Below, piece after piece: positions 28,162 through 37,209 of a stretch of 43,510 nt of DNA. Made by a program: the position numbers and the translations under genes. The stretch lies in the sequence record MZ424864.1; one strand, given 5' to 3'. This DNA comes from Escherichia phage vB_EcoP_ZX6. The notes under the pieces were generated by a model. That model saw nothing but the letters and a program-made list of their open reading frames with translations, had not been told where the DNA came from and searched no databases. The number at the start of each line of letters is the position of its first letter. Positions within the stretch are counted from its first letter, which is position 1.

Positions 28162-28371
28162 AGGCTTCCTCTAAGGCCCCTATGCGGGGCCTATTAGTTT
28201 AGGTTAGTGTCGTTTAGCTTTAGGTGCAGAATGTGCTTCGGGGCTAGTATGCTTCCCCGAAAGCAGGGCATCACGCCTAGCTTTCATTTCAGCAACAACC
28301 CCGTTAAGGCGCACAGCTAAAGATAGCATGTATTCAAGGCTTCTTTGTTTGTTCACGGGTACCTCCGTATA

Positions 28372-29196
28372 TTAGGCTTGAGGTGCAGCGGGCGCTGCTG
28401 GCGCCACAGGAGCCGCAGGGGCCTCTGATGCAGCCGGTGCTACCGGTGCTGCTGGTGCAGCTGGGGCCGCAGGAGCAGCCGGAGCCTGCATAGCTGACGG
28501 ACTCGGAACCGAACTAGCGTTCAGCATAACGTCCAGAGCACTGCCCGGGAAGTCTACAGCTTTATACATGTCCTCCTGAATCCAGTTCTTGCTTTTGCCG
28601 TCGTCGAAGGTGCCTTCGATGTGCAGGCTATCCCAGGTCTCTTTGGTTGGGTTGTTCCACAGGAACAGCTTAATCTCAGAGGCATCCAGCGCAGGCATCT
28701 TGATAGGCTCGCCGGTGTTCGGGTCGAATTTCGGAATCGGGCGGATACCGGACAGGTCCACGATGTTAGACTTCTTGCCCGCGGCGCTGGTGTGCTCATC
28801 AATCGGGAAGGTGAAGGCCTGGCCCAGACGCTGTGCCGCATGCTTAATGCTGTTGTCGTAGTTGAGCTTGTCGAAGAACTTCTTGAAGCCTGCGCGCTCA
28901 AAGTTACTGATAGCCATCGGGTACGGGCGGATACGCTTCACTTCACCGTTAGGGCCAAACACCACAATGCCGATGCGCACGTTAGCCACTGCAGGCTTAC
29001 CGGTAGGCTTACCACCCTTAGTCGGCAGACGCTTACCAATTTCCACATACTCGGTGAAGTAGCCGTAGTATTCACCCTTCGGCAGCAGCACATCCTCATA
29101 CGCACCACCCTGTGCGGTTTCCGTCATATCAACGTCTTGCGTTTCAATCGCAGCAGCTACCAGGGAGTTCAGAGTGTCCAGTGCATTCATAGTCAT
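28372..29196 (-). CDS. hypothetical protein with C-terminal Pro-Ala repeat tail
   Basis: 274 aa. Globular N-terminal region followed by ..PAAPAAPAAPAAPVAPAASEAPAAPVAPAAPAAPQA, encoded by a 9-bp-periodic tandem DNA repeat at about 28380-28470. Confidence 0.55.
   Translation of the reverse strand: MTMNALDTLNSLVAAAIETQDVDMTETAQGGAYEDVLLPKGEYYGYFTEYVEIGKRLPTKGGKPTGKPAVANVRIGIVVFGPNGEVKRIRPYPMAISNFERAGFKKFFDKLNYDNSIKHAAQRLGQAFTFPIDEHTSAAGKKSNIVDLSGIRPIPKFDPNTGEPIKMPALDASEIKLFLWNNPTKETWDSLHIEGTFDDGKSKNWIQEDMYKAVDFPGSALDVMLNASSVPSPSAMQAPAAPAAPAAPAAPVAPAASEAPAAPVAPAAPAAPQA
28380..28470. repeat. 9-bp-periodic GC-rich tandem repeat encoding a (PAA)n tail
   Basis: Plus strand reads ..gcaggggcctctgatgcagccggtgctaccggtgctgctggtgcagctggggccgcaggagcagccggagcc.., repeating units of GCNGGNGCN. 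Confidence 0.6.
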
Positions 29197-29251
29197 ATAA
29201 TTACGCCCTCGTTTAGTTCAAATGATATTTACGTGCAGATGCAGGCCCGGC

Positions 29252-29461
29252 CTAGCGATTCTTAAGTGCGGACTTAATGCCTGCAGCCGCGGCTGCCGCC
29301 AGGATTGCCAACAGCAAAGCTACACCGCCGTAGAACGGAAGCAGTACCCACCACCAGGACCAGGCGATAACGCCAGTCAGTTTCAAGGTTACAAAGATAA
29401 GGCCCAGTACAGAGCAAATTCCCATTTTCATCATCACCTCTATATTATTTAGAACGACCAA
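29252..29461 (-). CDS. small membrane protein (two predicted transmembrane helices)
   Basis: 69-aa ORF (true start possibly the internal MMKMG): ..ICSVLGLIFVTLKLTGVIAWSWWWVLLPFYGGVALLLAILAAAAAAGI... Lies within the replication module. Confidence 0.45.
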   Translation of the reverse strand: MVVLNNIEVMMKMGICSVLGLIFVTLKLTGVIAWSWWWVLLPFYGGVALLLAILAAAAAAGIKSALKNR

Positions 29462-29948
29462 CCCAACGACCAGCTATCTTACTGCACAATTCCAAGAAGT
29501 CATCGTGGTGCATGTCAGACTTCATGTAGTTGCACGTAGGGCAGCAAGGCACACAGTTGTGTATGTGATAACCTATAGATGAATCCTTTCTATCTATTCC
29601 GTTTGTAGGTACTTCCGACTTGCGAGCCCAGCGACCGCCGCCAATCTCTCGGTACGTACTAGGCGCTGCGCCGCAATAATAGCAGTCCGCACTTACCAAT
29701 GCTTTGGCATCTTCTTTAGTAATGCTTCGGCCTAGTTTGGTGCTGTACTGCCACACCTTGTTAGCGGAGGCTGTCAAATCGGCCAGCTTATTAGGCGGTG
29801 TTCGTCCCTTGTTCTTCTCCCTCTGCCGCAATTTAGTTTGGCATCCACAGTGACCAAGACCGCCGCGCTTACTGGTGTTGAATATCTTAGTTCTGATTGC
29901 CTCAAACTCTTTACCGCAGTAAGGGCAATCCCAGGTATACACCACCAT
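29445..29948 (-). CDS. HNH-type endonuclease with Cys-rich zinc-binding motifs
   Basis: Track ORF 29445..30047 overlaps the upstream gene. Internal ATG at ~29948 gives MVVYTWDCPYCGKEF..HCGC.. and a C-terminal ..GIDRKDSSIGYHIHNCVPCCPTCNYMK.. HNH-like fold. Confidence 0.55.
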   Translation of the reverse strand: MVVYTWDCPYCGKEFEAIRTKIFNTSKRGGLGHCGCQTKLRQREKNKGRTPPNKLADLTASANKVWQYSTKLGRSITKEDAKALVSADCYYCGAAPSTYREIGGGRWARKSEVPTNGIDRKDSSIGYHIHNCVPCCPTCNYMKSDMHHDDFLELCSKIAGRWVGRSK

Positions 29949-29970
29949 ATCCCTAAATCTCTTACCTGTA

Positions 29971-31023
29971 TCAGCCTTTGGTTTTATCTCTCGCACACCA
30001 CCTTCCGGAATCGTCAAGCAGCATTGGGATGATTTGAGGACATCCATCTGTAATCACCATACACCCTAGAATCGGCTTGCTTCTTGACAGCTTTCCGTAA
30101 GCAAACGCCAGACTCTTATTGTCGATTAAACAACCGCAGTGAGCACCAAAGTATAAAGCAGCGCTGCTCGCGGCATACTGTATATCTAACTTCCCATGGA
30201 AGTGTCCAATCACCATAGACTTACGTTCATGGGCTGCGTTGAGCAGCAGGTCCCCAGATACTTGATGTTGGAATCGCACAGTACCCAGCGGAGTATTCAA
30301 ATCCCAAGCATCACCCCAACTCCACCCCGGTGCCCCGTGCTCCGGGAACAGGATGTCCCGGTACTTCTTAATGAACTGTACAGGGAGTCCGTGAGCCTTG
30401 GCCCGGCGGTAGACAAGGGAGCCGTGATTAGAATCACACAGGAGCATGTTAGGAAACAGGTCGTGCAGTTTCTCCAGGCCGAGCTTGGCCTTCTCTAATT
30501 CCACACCAGCGCTGTCTAACTCCGGACTGCTATCGTGAAAGCTAATAGCGTGCCCATCCGTCTCGTCGCCTATCTGCACCACAATGTCTGGGCAGTACTC
30601 ATCCCGCACAGTGCGTAAAAAGTCATACGCGTCCGGATGTGTGTACGGCTCGTGCAAGTCCCCAATAACAAGCACACGCCGACATGTTTCCGGTACAAAG
30701 GTATCCCCAATATCATCCGTTGGGGAAGGTTGAATTAGTTTTCGGGCTTGCATCAGGGCATTGTTAGCCTTTGATTTACTACCATTGTTATCCACGAAGA
30801 TGCTGCGCCAGTAGCGCACAAGCTGGCGGGACACTTGCGGGGCCGGAATACCCATCCCCACAACCGTACGTATTGTCCGAGCACTAATATCTTCGCCAGG
30901 AATCTTACCAAATGCTAGTACATACTCGTACGCCCAGGCAGCTTCGGCGTTACTTTGGAAGCGCTTTAAAATCGCCTGGTGCTGCTCTTTGGTGAATAGT
31001 TTAATCAAACTAATTTTAGCCAA
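29971..31023 (-). CDS. calcineurin-like metallophosphoesterase
   Basis: 350 aa. ..VLVIGDLHEP.., ..VQIGDETDGH.., ..CDSNHG.. and ..GHFH.. match the ordered metal-binding motifs of the PPP/Mre11-type phosphoesterase superfamily. Apparent TTG start preceded by AGAGAGG. Confidence 0.7.
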   Translation of the reverse strand: MAKISLIKLFTKEQHQAILKRFQSNAEAAWAYEYVLAFGKIPGEDISARTIRTVVGMGIPAPQVSRQLVRYWRSIFVDNNGSKSKANNALMQARKLIQPSPTDDIGDTFVPETCRRVLVIGDLHEPYTHPDAYDFLRTVRDEYCPDIVVQIGDETDGHAISFHDSSPELDSAGVELEKAKLGLEKLHDLFPNMLLCDSNHGSLVYRRAKAHGLPVQFIKKYRDILFPEHGAPGWSWGDAWDLNTPLGTVRFQHQVSGDLLLNAAHERKSMVIGHFHGKLDIQYAASSAALYFGAHCGCLIDNKSLAFAYGKLSRSKPILGCMVITDGCPQIIPMLLDDSGRWCARDKTKG

Positions 31024-31184
31024 GGTTGCCTCTCTTGTGTTGTTCCTACTCGTATCACATTAATTCTATGGGAATCACAGAATCAAGCCAGAGTCAACAA
31101 ATAATTTTATTTAATTATTTAGTTGACCCTAGTGTATTTCCATGCTACCCTAACCCCCTACACCACCCAAGGGTACACCTATCA

Positions 31185-31406
31185 CTACTCCTCTATAAAC
31201 TTATACTCCCCAGGAAAGAAAGTGACGCCGTCCCCCGGTCTACTTACTACCAGTCCAGGGTAGCTTAGTTCTATCTCCCCAGTAACAGGGTCGAAGAATA
31301 GAACCGTGTGTCTTGTACCTGGGGTGAAGTAGGCTGCATACCGCGGGTCTATCGGCTCAGGTCCTAGGTCCATCAACTCCACAGTACTACCAGACTTTAT
31401 ACTCAT
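31185..31406 (-). CDS. hypothetical protein (73 aa)
   Basis: Small ORF whose start overlaps the DNA polymerase stop; Pro/Gly-rich. Confidence 0.45.
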   Translation of the reverse strand: MSIKSGSTVELMDLGPEPIDPRYAAYFTPGTRHTVLFFDPVTGEIELSYPGLVVSRPGDGVTFFPGEYKFIEE

Positions 31407-33805
31407 TCAACCTTCTCCTTACTGTACATGCTCGTACCCATCTCAGCCTCTGCTGGGAACGGGACCTCACCAATGATGCCATAGTTAGGCCAGAGCTGGT
31501 GGATACGTTTAGGTGCGTCCTCCATGCACTGCTTAACCAACAGGCTCGCCTCACGTCCAACCTCCGGGTTGGCGCTGTCCAGATACAACGCATCGTGCAC
31601 GTTCGTAATCAGGCACACCTGATTGTCGAACCAGTCACGGGCCAGGAGGGCACGGAGAACCATACCGGCAGCCACTGCCATCAGGAAGAATGCTTCCCCC
31701 TGGCACCAGTAGTTAGCCATCTCGGTTTCCTTGTAGTCCATGACCTTCTGCTTACGCTGCCCAGGCACAACCTCTTTCCACTGCTCCTTCTGACGGAAGC
31801 TATAGCGAGCACCTGCTGGGCTGGTCCAAGTCCCGATGCGGTAGATGCGGTAACTGCCATCGTCAGCTTGTTCCCGGTACATGCGCCCCTCTGCACCAGT
31901 ACGCTCTACTTCTTCCTTGACAACAGCGCGGAAGCCAATTGTTTGCGGGAACAGCGCAGCCTCGTTGTCCAAGAAAGCCTGTGCGAATTCCACCGTACAT
32001 CCAGTAGCAAACGCAATCCCCTTAGCCGTAGCGCCATACTGGGCTGCAAAGCTAGGAGCCTTAATACCTGTGCGCATTGCCTTCCAAAGCGGATGCAGCT
32101 CGTGCTTCTTGTTGTGGCAGCGCTCATATACTTCTTCATACGGCAGTTCCTCACGGAAAGCTAGGCGGTAACAGTGCATATCCGTACCACTCTGCAGCAG
32201 TCCCAGCAGTTTCTTGTCACCAGTGTGGACGCAGGACATAACTACTTCCAGTGCCGAGTAGTCAACCTCAGTGATACGTCCGTTGTCCCCGAATCTACTG
32301 GTGAACACCTGCTTCACCTTGGATTTAGCCACACCGTCGCCATCCTCATCCGGGCGGGGTAGGTTCTGCAGGTTCGGGTTAGAGCTACTCAAGCGCCCGG
32401 TTACGGTGGCGCAAGTATTCAGCCGGTGGTGAATGATGCCGGAACCATCGGGACGCTCCGGGATTACGTACTGCAGCATCCCCTTCCGCTCTTTGACCTT
32501 ACCTTCTGCGTCAAGGACCTCTCGCAAATAGTAAGTGCCGGTATCCTTCTCCAGCGCCGCCAGCTCGTTCACCAACTTACAGAACTCGAACCCTTGGCGA
32601 GCCAGCGCCTCCATTGCGTCAGTGCTGGTGCTGTATACTGGCGTACCGTCCTGCAGGGTGCGCGCCTGTCGGAACTCTCCGCGCTCTGCGTACTTCTCCC
32701 GGATAACTTCCGGAAGCTCCTGGATGTTCACCAGGCCCGGGCAGAAGTAAAGGTCGTCTTCCCATTTAAGTTTCTCTTCCTCGGTATCGAGGCGGAATAC
32801 TTTGGGGAGCCCCTTGTTCTTACCCGCACGATATGTCACTACACGCCACCATCCGCCTTCCGTTTGAAGTTCTTGCATGTGCGTGTCGTGTACAGGTATA
32901 TAGGTGTGCGCGCCCTCTTCGTCCTCGTACTTATAGAAGTCGGCCTTGACGTACTGCGGCGGGTCATATGGCACCTTCTTGCGGTACTTGATAGGCCCGC
33001 CGTACACCAGTGCTGACATATGGAAGTCCGACCCGAAGTTGAAGTCAAGAGTCTCCGGCAAGTCCTTCGGGATGTACTGCTGCAGCTCCTGCTTAATCTC
33101 ACGGATACGCTGCTCCTGCTCCTCCTGGTTCTTGCGTGCAATTGGCATATTAACGAACAGGCCGAACCATTGACAATAGCTCCAAGCTAGTGCTGCCTCC
33201 ATTCGTTCATAGACATACTGCATCTGATTGCGTTGGGCGAATAGGGCGCATTGCCCATAGAAGCACAGCCCGGTATTTGGCACGTCACCGTTGACGAGGT
33301 AATCGTGAAGCAGGTACGGATCAATTTCGGAAGTACGCTTCCCTTGCTCCCATAGTATCTTCACACCATCAACTTTGTGCTGGCCACCCCATTTTGGGGC
33401 GGTCTCATCTAACCCAGGATACATCTCCTGGAAATCTGAGGCTATGTACTGCCCATGCTGCGTACAGTATACCCGGCCGCCGCGCTTTAGGAAGTCCTCG
33501 AAATGTTTCCGCTGGTAGGATAAGAACCAGGACACCTCGAAGCTGCTGTTGTGCGCGACTATCATAGTGCAGTGTTCTGGTATGGAAAACCACCTGTGGG
33601 GACCTGCGTTGTCTTCCAGGAACTCGGCCTTGCTGTTGAAGCGGATACTAAATACGTCCCCCATATGCAACTGCCCGGCGTCATCTACTGTGTCTATGCG
33701 ATATGCGCTTTCTACAACATAGTTATCGGGACAGTACGGGGATGCCACGTTGCCGTAATACTCAAAGTTCTCGACCTCTAAATCCACTATCATAATCTGG
33801 TACAT
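31403..33805 (-). CDS. DNA polymerase, family A, with 3'-5' exonuclease domain
   Basis: 800 aa. Exo motif MIVDLEVEN; pol motif A ..EVDYSALEVV..; motif B ..RTGIKAPSFAAQYGATAKG..; motif C ..ITNVHDALYL... Confidence 0.9.
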   Translation of the reverse strand: MYQIMIVDLEVENFEYYGNVASPYCPDNYVVESAYRIDTVDDAGQLHMGDVFSIRFNSKAEFLEDNAGPHRWFSIPEHCTMIVAHNSSFEVSWFLSYQRKHFEDFLKRGGRVYCTQHGQYIASDFQEMYPGLDETAPKWGGQHKVDGVKILWEQGKRTSEIDPYLLHDYLVNGDVPNTGLCFYGQCALFAQRNQMQYVYERMEAALAWSYCQWFGLFVNMPIARKNQEEQEQRIREIKQELQQYIPKDLPETLDFNFGSDFHMSALVYGGPIKYRKKVPYDPPQYVKADFYKYEDEEGAHTYIPVHDTHMQELQTEGGWWRVVTYRAGKNKGLPKVFRLDTEEEKLKWEDDLYFCPGLVNIQELPEVIREKYAERGEFRQARTLQDGTPVYSTSTDAMEALARQGFEFCKLVNELAALEKDTGTYYLREVLDAEGKVKERKGMLQYVIPERPDGSGIIHHRLNTCATVTGRLSSSNPNLQNLPRPDEDGDGVAKSKVKQVFTSRFGDNGRITEVDYSALEVVMSCVHTGDKKLLGLLQSGTDMHCYRLAFREELPYEEVYERCHNKKHELHPLWKAMRTGIKAPSFAAQYGATAKGIAFATGCTVEFAQAFLDNEAALFPQTIGFRAVVKEEVERTGAEGRMYREQADDGSYRIYRIGTWTSPAGARYSFRQKEQWKEVVPGQRKQKVMDYKETEMANYWCQGEAFFLMAVAAGMVLRALLARDWFDNQVCLITNVHDALYLDSANPEVGREASLLVKQCMEDAPKRIHQLWPNYGIIGEVPFPAEAEMGTSMYSKEKVE

Positions 33806-33806
33806 A

Positions 33807-34286
33807 CTAAACCTCTAAATATCCCAGAGAGTTGGCGGCTGCCGCCCTTGCAGCAGCAGCCTCTTCCAGGGAGGGGAATCTTCCCAAACGCACTTGCTTT
33901 CCGTCACGGTTTACGTATGCCGCCCAACGTTTTCGTCCGGCATCATAAGTCACCCCGGGAACGCCAGAACTGTTGCGCTTATCTATGGTTTTATTTCGAT
34001 TATTTAGTGTAACAGGAACCGCCCTGAGATTGTCGATACGATCATCTTCCCGGTTGCGATTTATGTGGTCTATAACGCACCCACTAGGGATCTCTCCGTG
34101 GTGCATTTCCCAAACAATCCTAGCACGTTTGTATGCCTTCCCATGCAATCCCACGACCCAGCGGTTATGGTGTCTTTCTAGGTATCCCGCCAACTTGCCC
34201 GGCTGACATGCGCCGTTCGGGCTTGTGTGGGTCCAGTATAACTTACCATCCTTGTACGTGAAGTGCTCTTTCCAATTCATTTCCAC
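33807..34286 (-). CDS. HNH homing endonuclease with AP2 DNA-binding domain
   Basis: 159 aa. HNH motif ..VIDHINRNREDDRIDNLRAVPVTLNNRNK.. followed by ..SSGVPGVTYDAGRKRWAAYVNRDGKQVRLGRFPSLEEAAAAR.. (AP2-like). Track start is GTG; ATG two codons downstream. Sits between helicase and DNA polymerase genes. Confidence 0.75.
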   Translation of the reverse strand: MEMNWKEHFTYKDGKLYWTHTSPNGACQPGKLAGYLERHHNRWVVGLHGKAYKRARIVWEMHHGEIPSGCVIDHINRNREDDRIDNLRAVPVTLNNRNKTIDKRNSSGVPGVTYDAGRKRWAAYVNRDGKQVRLGRFPSLEEAAAARAAAANSLGYLEV

Positions 34287-34432
34287 TTAGCCCTCCGAGC
34301 CTTATTGATAGCCAGATGCACAATCAGCTGGCTACTGTCCAACGCAAATTGTTTACGGAAAGTACCTGCAGATGCAGCGTACGCCTTGATTACCTCATCG
34401 TCGATATAGTTGATATCTTCTGGTTTAAGCAT
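34278..34432 (-). CDS. small hypothetical ORF (51 aa), hand-translated
   Basis: Hand translation: MLKPEDINYIDDEVIKAYAASAGTFRKQFALDSSQLIVHLAINKARRAKWK. ATG preceded by AGGAGGAG; stop overlaps the HNH start region. Not in ORF track (<60 aa). Confidence 0.3.
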
Positions 34433-34483
34433 AATCTCCTCCTGTGTACCTACATAGCGCCCTCATATAAGGCGCTAGGGAAG

Positions 34484-35764
34484 TCACCGGTTAATCTGAC
34501 CTTCGTCAAAGCGGCAACGACCCGGCTCGAATCCCACCTCGAATTGCAGGAGCGACTCTTTACCAGACAGTGCCATCTTGTTCTTCGGAGTACTGATACC
34601 GCGGACGTTTTGCATGTGCGGCTGCTCGTTTCTGTCCAAGCATCCCATCATAATAGCCAAGTCCAGGGCACCCTGTACGCCAATCTTGCTCTGCTTCATA
34701 GCGGTGAGCGGCGGGAACAGCATGTTGTAACCTTCGAGTGAAAGTTGCATAGTGCCTACAATAGCGCAGTCGTTCTCGCACCCAAGGATACGCAGCTCCT
34801 GCCAACGTGCTTCGAGGTTCTGGTGCTCGGTCTCCATAGTGCCGCCACGGATATTCGCCACCATGTCTATGATGATTACCGCCGGGCGCATCTCCTCCAT
34901 GAGCGTGGATATCTGGGCCATCGTCAAGGAGTGCGCAGCCTTAACACGAATCCGGTCAGCCCTGCCTACTTTCTTGAGGTAGGCTGGCACGAACTCTTGC
35001 TTACTGTGCCGGTCCTTAATCTCAGCCAGAGTCCAGTGCAGCGCCGCTTGATATACCCGCGGCACTGTGCGCGTCGCCGGACCCTCGTTAACAAGCCAGA
35101 GAATCGGGCGGTCCCCGTATACTTCCGGCTGCTGCTGCATCTGCTCAGCAAAATCCACAGCAATAGCAGCAAGCAGGCTGGTTTTACCAGAGTCCACAGG
35201 AGCAGCCACTGCGATACAGTCCCCGCCGCGTAGACCTCGGATGTTGCTAGCGAGTTGCTCGAACACACCAAGTTTAAGACCGCCGCTCTCGTCAGTCGCG
35301 GCAAGTATTTCGTCAACACTACCGCTCTCCCATTCAAGCAGCGACTCGTGCACCGCAGCGCCGTCACCGTACTTGCGCTGTAGGTGCTTCATTTCCAGCA
35401 GGTAATCAATCTCCTCGCCGTCTTGGTAGCGCTGCGTCAGCGCTGCTACCTCCCCGCTGTAGGCCAGCTCGTTCAGGGTCTGGACAATGCCCACCACAGA
35501 ATCCTGTGGCACGGCTTGTACTCCCCGCATAAGCTCGTCCATGATTACCCGCTCTTCCCGGGACAAGTGCCCAGCCCGGAGGTTGAGCATGCTCTGCATC
35601 GCATCCCACTGCACCTCCTGGTGCTCAGGGTACGTATTCCAGTACAGCCCCACCCAGTCCAGTAGGTTCGACGTGTCCGGCGCAAGCATGCTCTTGGGTA
35701 TCTGCTCTCGCAGTCGGTTCCACACCTTCTGTGTGCACATCGCACGAACAACTATTAGGTCCAA
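34484..35764 (-). CDS. replicative DNA helicase (DnaB-like)
   Basis: 426-aa track ORF with Walker A ..AAPVDSGKTSLL.. and a RecA-like core. Track start overlaps the primase 3' end by ~140 nt, so the true start may be an internal Met. Confidence 0.8.
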   Translation of the reverse strand: MDLIVVRAMCTQKVWNRLREQIPKSMLAPDTSNLLDWVGLYWNTYPEHQEVQWDAMQSMLNLRAGHLSREERVIMDELMRGVQAVPQDSVVGIVQTLNELAYSGEVAALTQRYQDGEEIDYLLEMKHLQRKYGDGAAVHESLLEWESGSVDEILAATDESGGLKLGVFEQLASNIRGLRGGDCIAVAAPVDSGKTSLLAAIAVDFAEQMQQQPEVYGDRPILWLVNEGPATRTVPRVYQAALHWTLAEIKDRHSKQEFVPAYLKKVGRADRIRVKAAHSLTMAQISTLMEEMRPAVIIIDMVANIRGGTMETEHQNLEARWQELRILGCENDCAIVGTMQLSLEGYNMLFPPLTAMKQSKIGVQGALDLAIMMGCLDRNEQPHMQNVRGISTPKNKMALSGKESLLQFEVGFEPGRCRFDEGQINR

Positions 35765-36545
35765 TTAGAGCCTCCAGAATCTCTTTAATTTCTGCGTCCT
35801 TCGGATCCGCAGCGAAGTAGTGCTCTCGGCACTGCATGAACGGGCGCAGTGCTCGGCGTGCTGCTGCTACCCCGGCATGCCCTGCCGGGTCATTGTCCAG
35901 CATCAGAATCACTTCTGGGCGATTCTGAATCAGCCAGGCCCTCAGCGGCGTGGGCAAGCGTGTACCCAGCATAGCTATAGCCTGCACGTTCAACGCACTG
36001 TAGCTCGTAACTGCGTGCTGTATCTTCCGGGCTGATAGATAGTCCTCGGTGAGCACGACCTTTAGGGGTGCGGCCGCAGCTACAGCCGGTGCTACGGCAG
36101 GTGCCGCGACAGCGAAAGCTATTGGATGGCCGTACATTACCCACTTCGGTTGCTGCCTGGCATGTACTGCACGGCCCAGAGCAGCGCTTCCGACGCGGAA
36201 GATTATCCGCTGTTTCTCTTTGCTCCATTCTGCATCCTCCACCATTTCAGGCATGATTCCCTTTGTGGTCAGGAATCCGTAAAGAAAACTCTGCGTTTCC
36301 GCAGGCGCTTGGCTAATGCAAATTGCATCTGCAGGTGCAGAGGGCTGCACCCTCGGCTCTTCCTGTAACTGTATGCGCTGGTACTGCTTGTGCTCCTTGC
36401 CCACCTGTTTACAGCGGTGGCAATAATATTCCCAGGCATCCGGGTTATTGTATAGCACCCCGGCGGCGTCCCTGCCGCAGCACCGAAAGCGTGCCCTCTG
36501 CCCCACGGCTAAGCGCTTGCACGCTCTAAGCCAGGGCTGGTCCAT
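35625..36545 (-). CDS. DNA primase (zinc-finger plus TOPRIM)
   Basis: 306 aa. N-terminal Cys motifs ..RFRCCGRD..YYCHRCK..; TOPRIM region ..VVLTEDYLSARKI.. and ..ILMLDNDPAGHAG... Confidence 0.8.
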   Translation of the reverse strand: MDQPWLRACKRLAVGQRARFRCCGRDAAGVLYNNPDAWEYYCHRCKQVGKEHKQYQRIQLQEEPRVQPSAPADAICISQAPAETQSFLYGFLTTKGIMPEMVEDAEWSKEKQRIIFRVGSAALGRAVHARQQPKWVMYGHPIAFAVAAPAVAPAVAAAAPLKVVLTEDYLSARKIQHAVTSYSALNVQAIAMLGTRLPTPLRAWLIQNRPEVILMLDNDPAGHAGVAAARRALRPFMQCREHYFAADPKDAEIKEILEALIGPNSCSCDVHTEGVEPTARADTQEHACAGHVEPTGLGGAVLEYVP

Positions 36546-36742
36546 TACTTAATCTCTATGTGATTGGCATAAATGATGTCTGGGAGTATCTCTTCTTCTG
36601 ACTCTAATACCTTTGACCCATTAGATAAATAGTAGATGTCCCCATTCTCCACCTTTATAGCCCAAGCATTACACAATCCCCAGGTGAATGGGATGCCGAC
36701 TACAACACTCTTAGGCGCTTCGTACTTAATAATTCTACTCAT
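36545..36742 (-). CDS. hypothetical protein (65 aa)
   Basis: Small ORF whose stop abuts the primase start; start overlaps the upstream gene stop. Confidence 0.45.
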   Translation of the reverse strand: MSRIIKYEAPKSVVVGIPFTWGLCNAWAIKVENGDIYYLSNGSKVLESEEEILPDIIYANHIEIK

Positions 36743-37209
36743 TGTGCTTTCCCCTTACGTTTGATTTCCATAGCCATGCGGCGCAGGTCGTGCGCCAATT
36801 GCAGGGCTGAATCAGGGTCGATGTTAATCCCAATCTCAACCTTTGCCCGAGTGCTTCCCTTCTTAGGAACTACCCCGATGTACATTAAACCTTCCCCATC
36901 CCCGTTATCCTTCTCAAGAACTAGGCGCTGGTCATTTCCCGGGTCGCGCTTGGAGTTCATGTAGGCCACTTTGTCCGGGACAGGCGGCAGCTCGTCCCCT
37001 AGTTCTTGATACAGCTCGAAGTTCCTGACGTACCAGGGGTGTTTGTCAGCCCCGTCTACCCACCCATTCACCTGCAGCCAGTGATCACCAATAACAGAAG
37101 TCACAGTGTAGTAGATATCACGGCCTAACTTAGACAGAAAGTGTTCATCTTTGCCACAATCCTTTATACGCACAACCTTATCGCCAACTTTAAACTTAGA
37201 CATAATCAA
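36739..37209 (-). CDS. hypothetical protein (156 aa) with N-terminal KFKVGDKVVRIKD motif
   Basis: Early-region ORF; N-terminal motif is paralogous to the N-terminus of the DUF3310-like protein at 24932..25381. Confidence 0.5.
   Translation of the reverse strand: MIMSKFKVGDKVVRIKDCGKDEHFLSKLGRDIYYTVTSVIGDHWLQVNGWVDGADKHPWYVRNFELYQELGDELPPVPDKVAYMNSKRDPGNDQRLVLEKDNGDGEGLMYIGVVPKKGSTRAKVEIGINIDPDSALQLAHDLRRMAMEIKRKGKAQ

Noticed and set aside
28201-28329. 41-aa minus-strand ORF (MLSLAVRLNGVVAEMKARRDALLSGKHTSPEAHSAPKAKRH) in the gap upstream of the 84-aa gene
   Set aside because: No convincing ribosome-binding site upstream of its ATG and very short; kept out of the feature list, although translation cannot be excluded.
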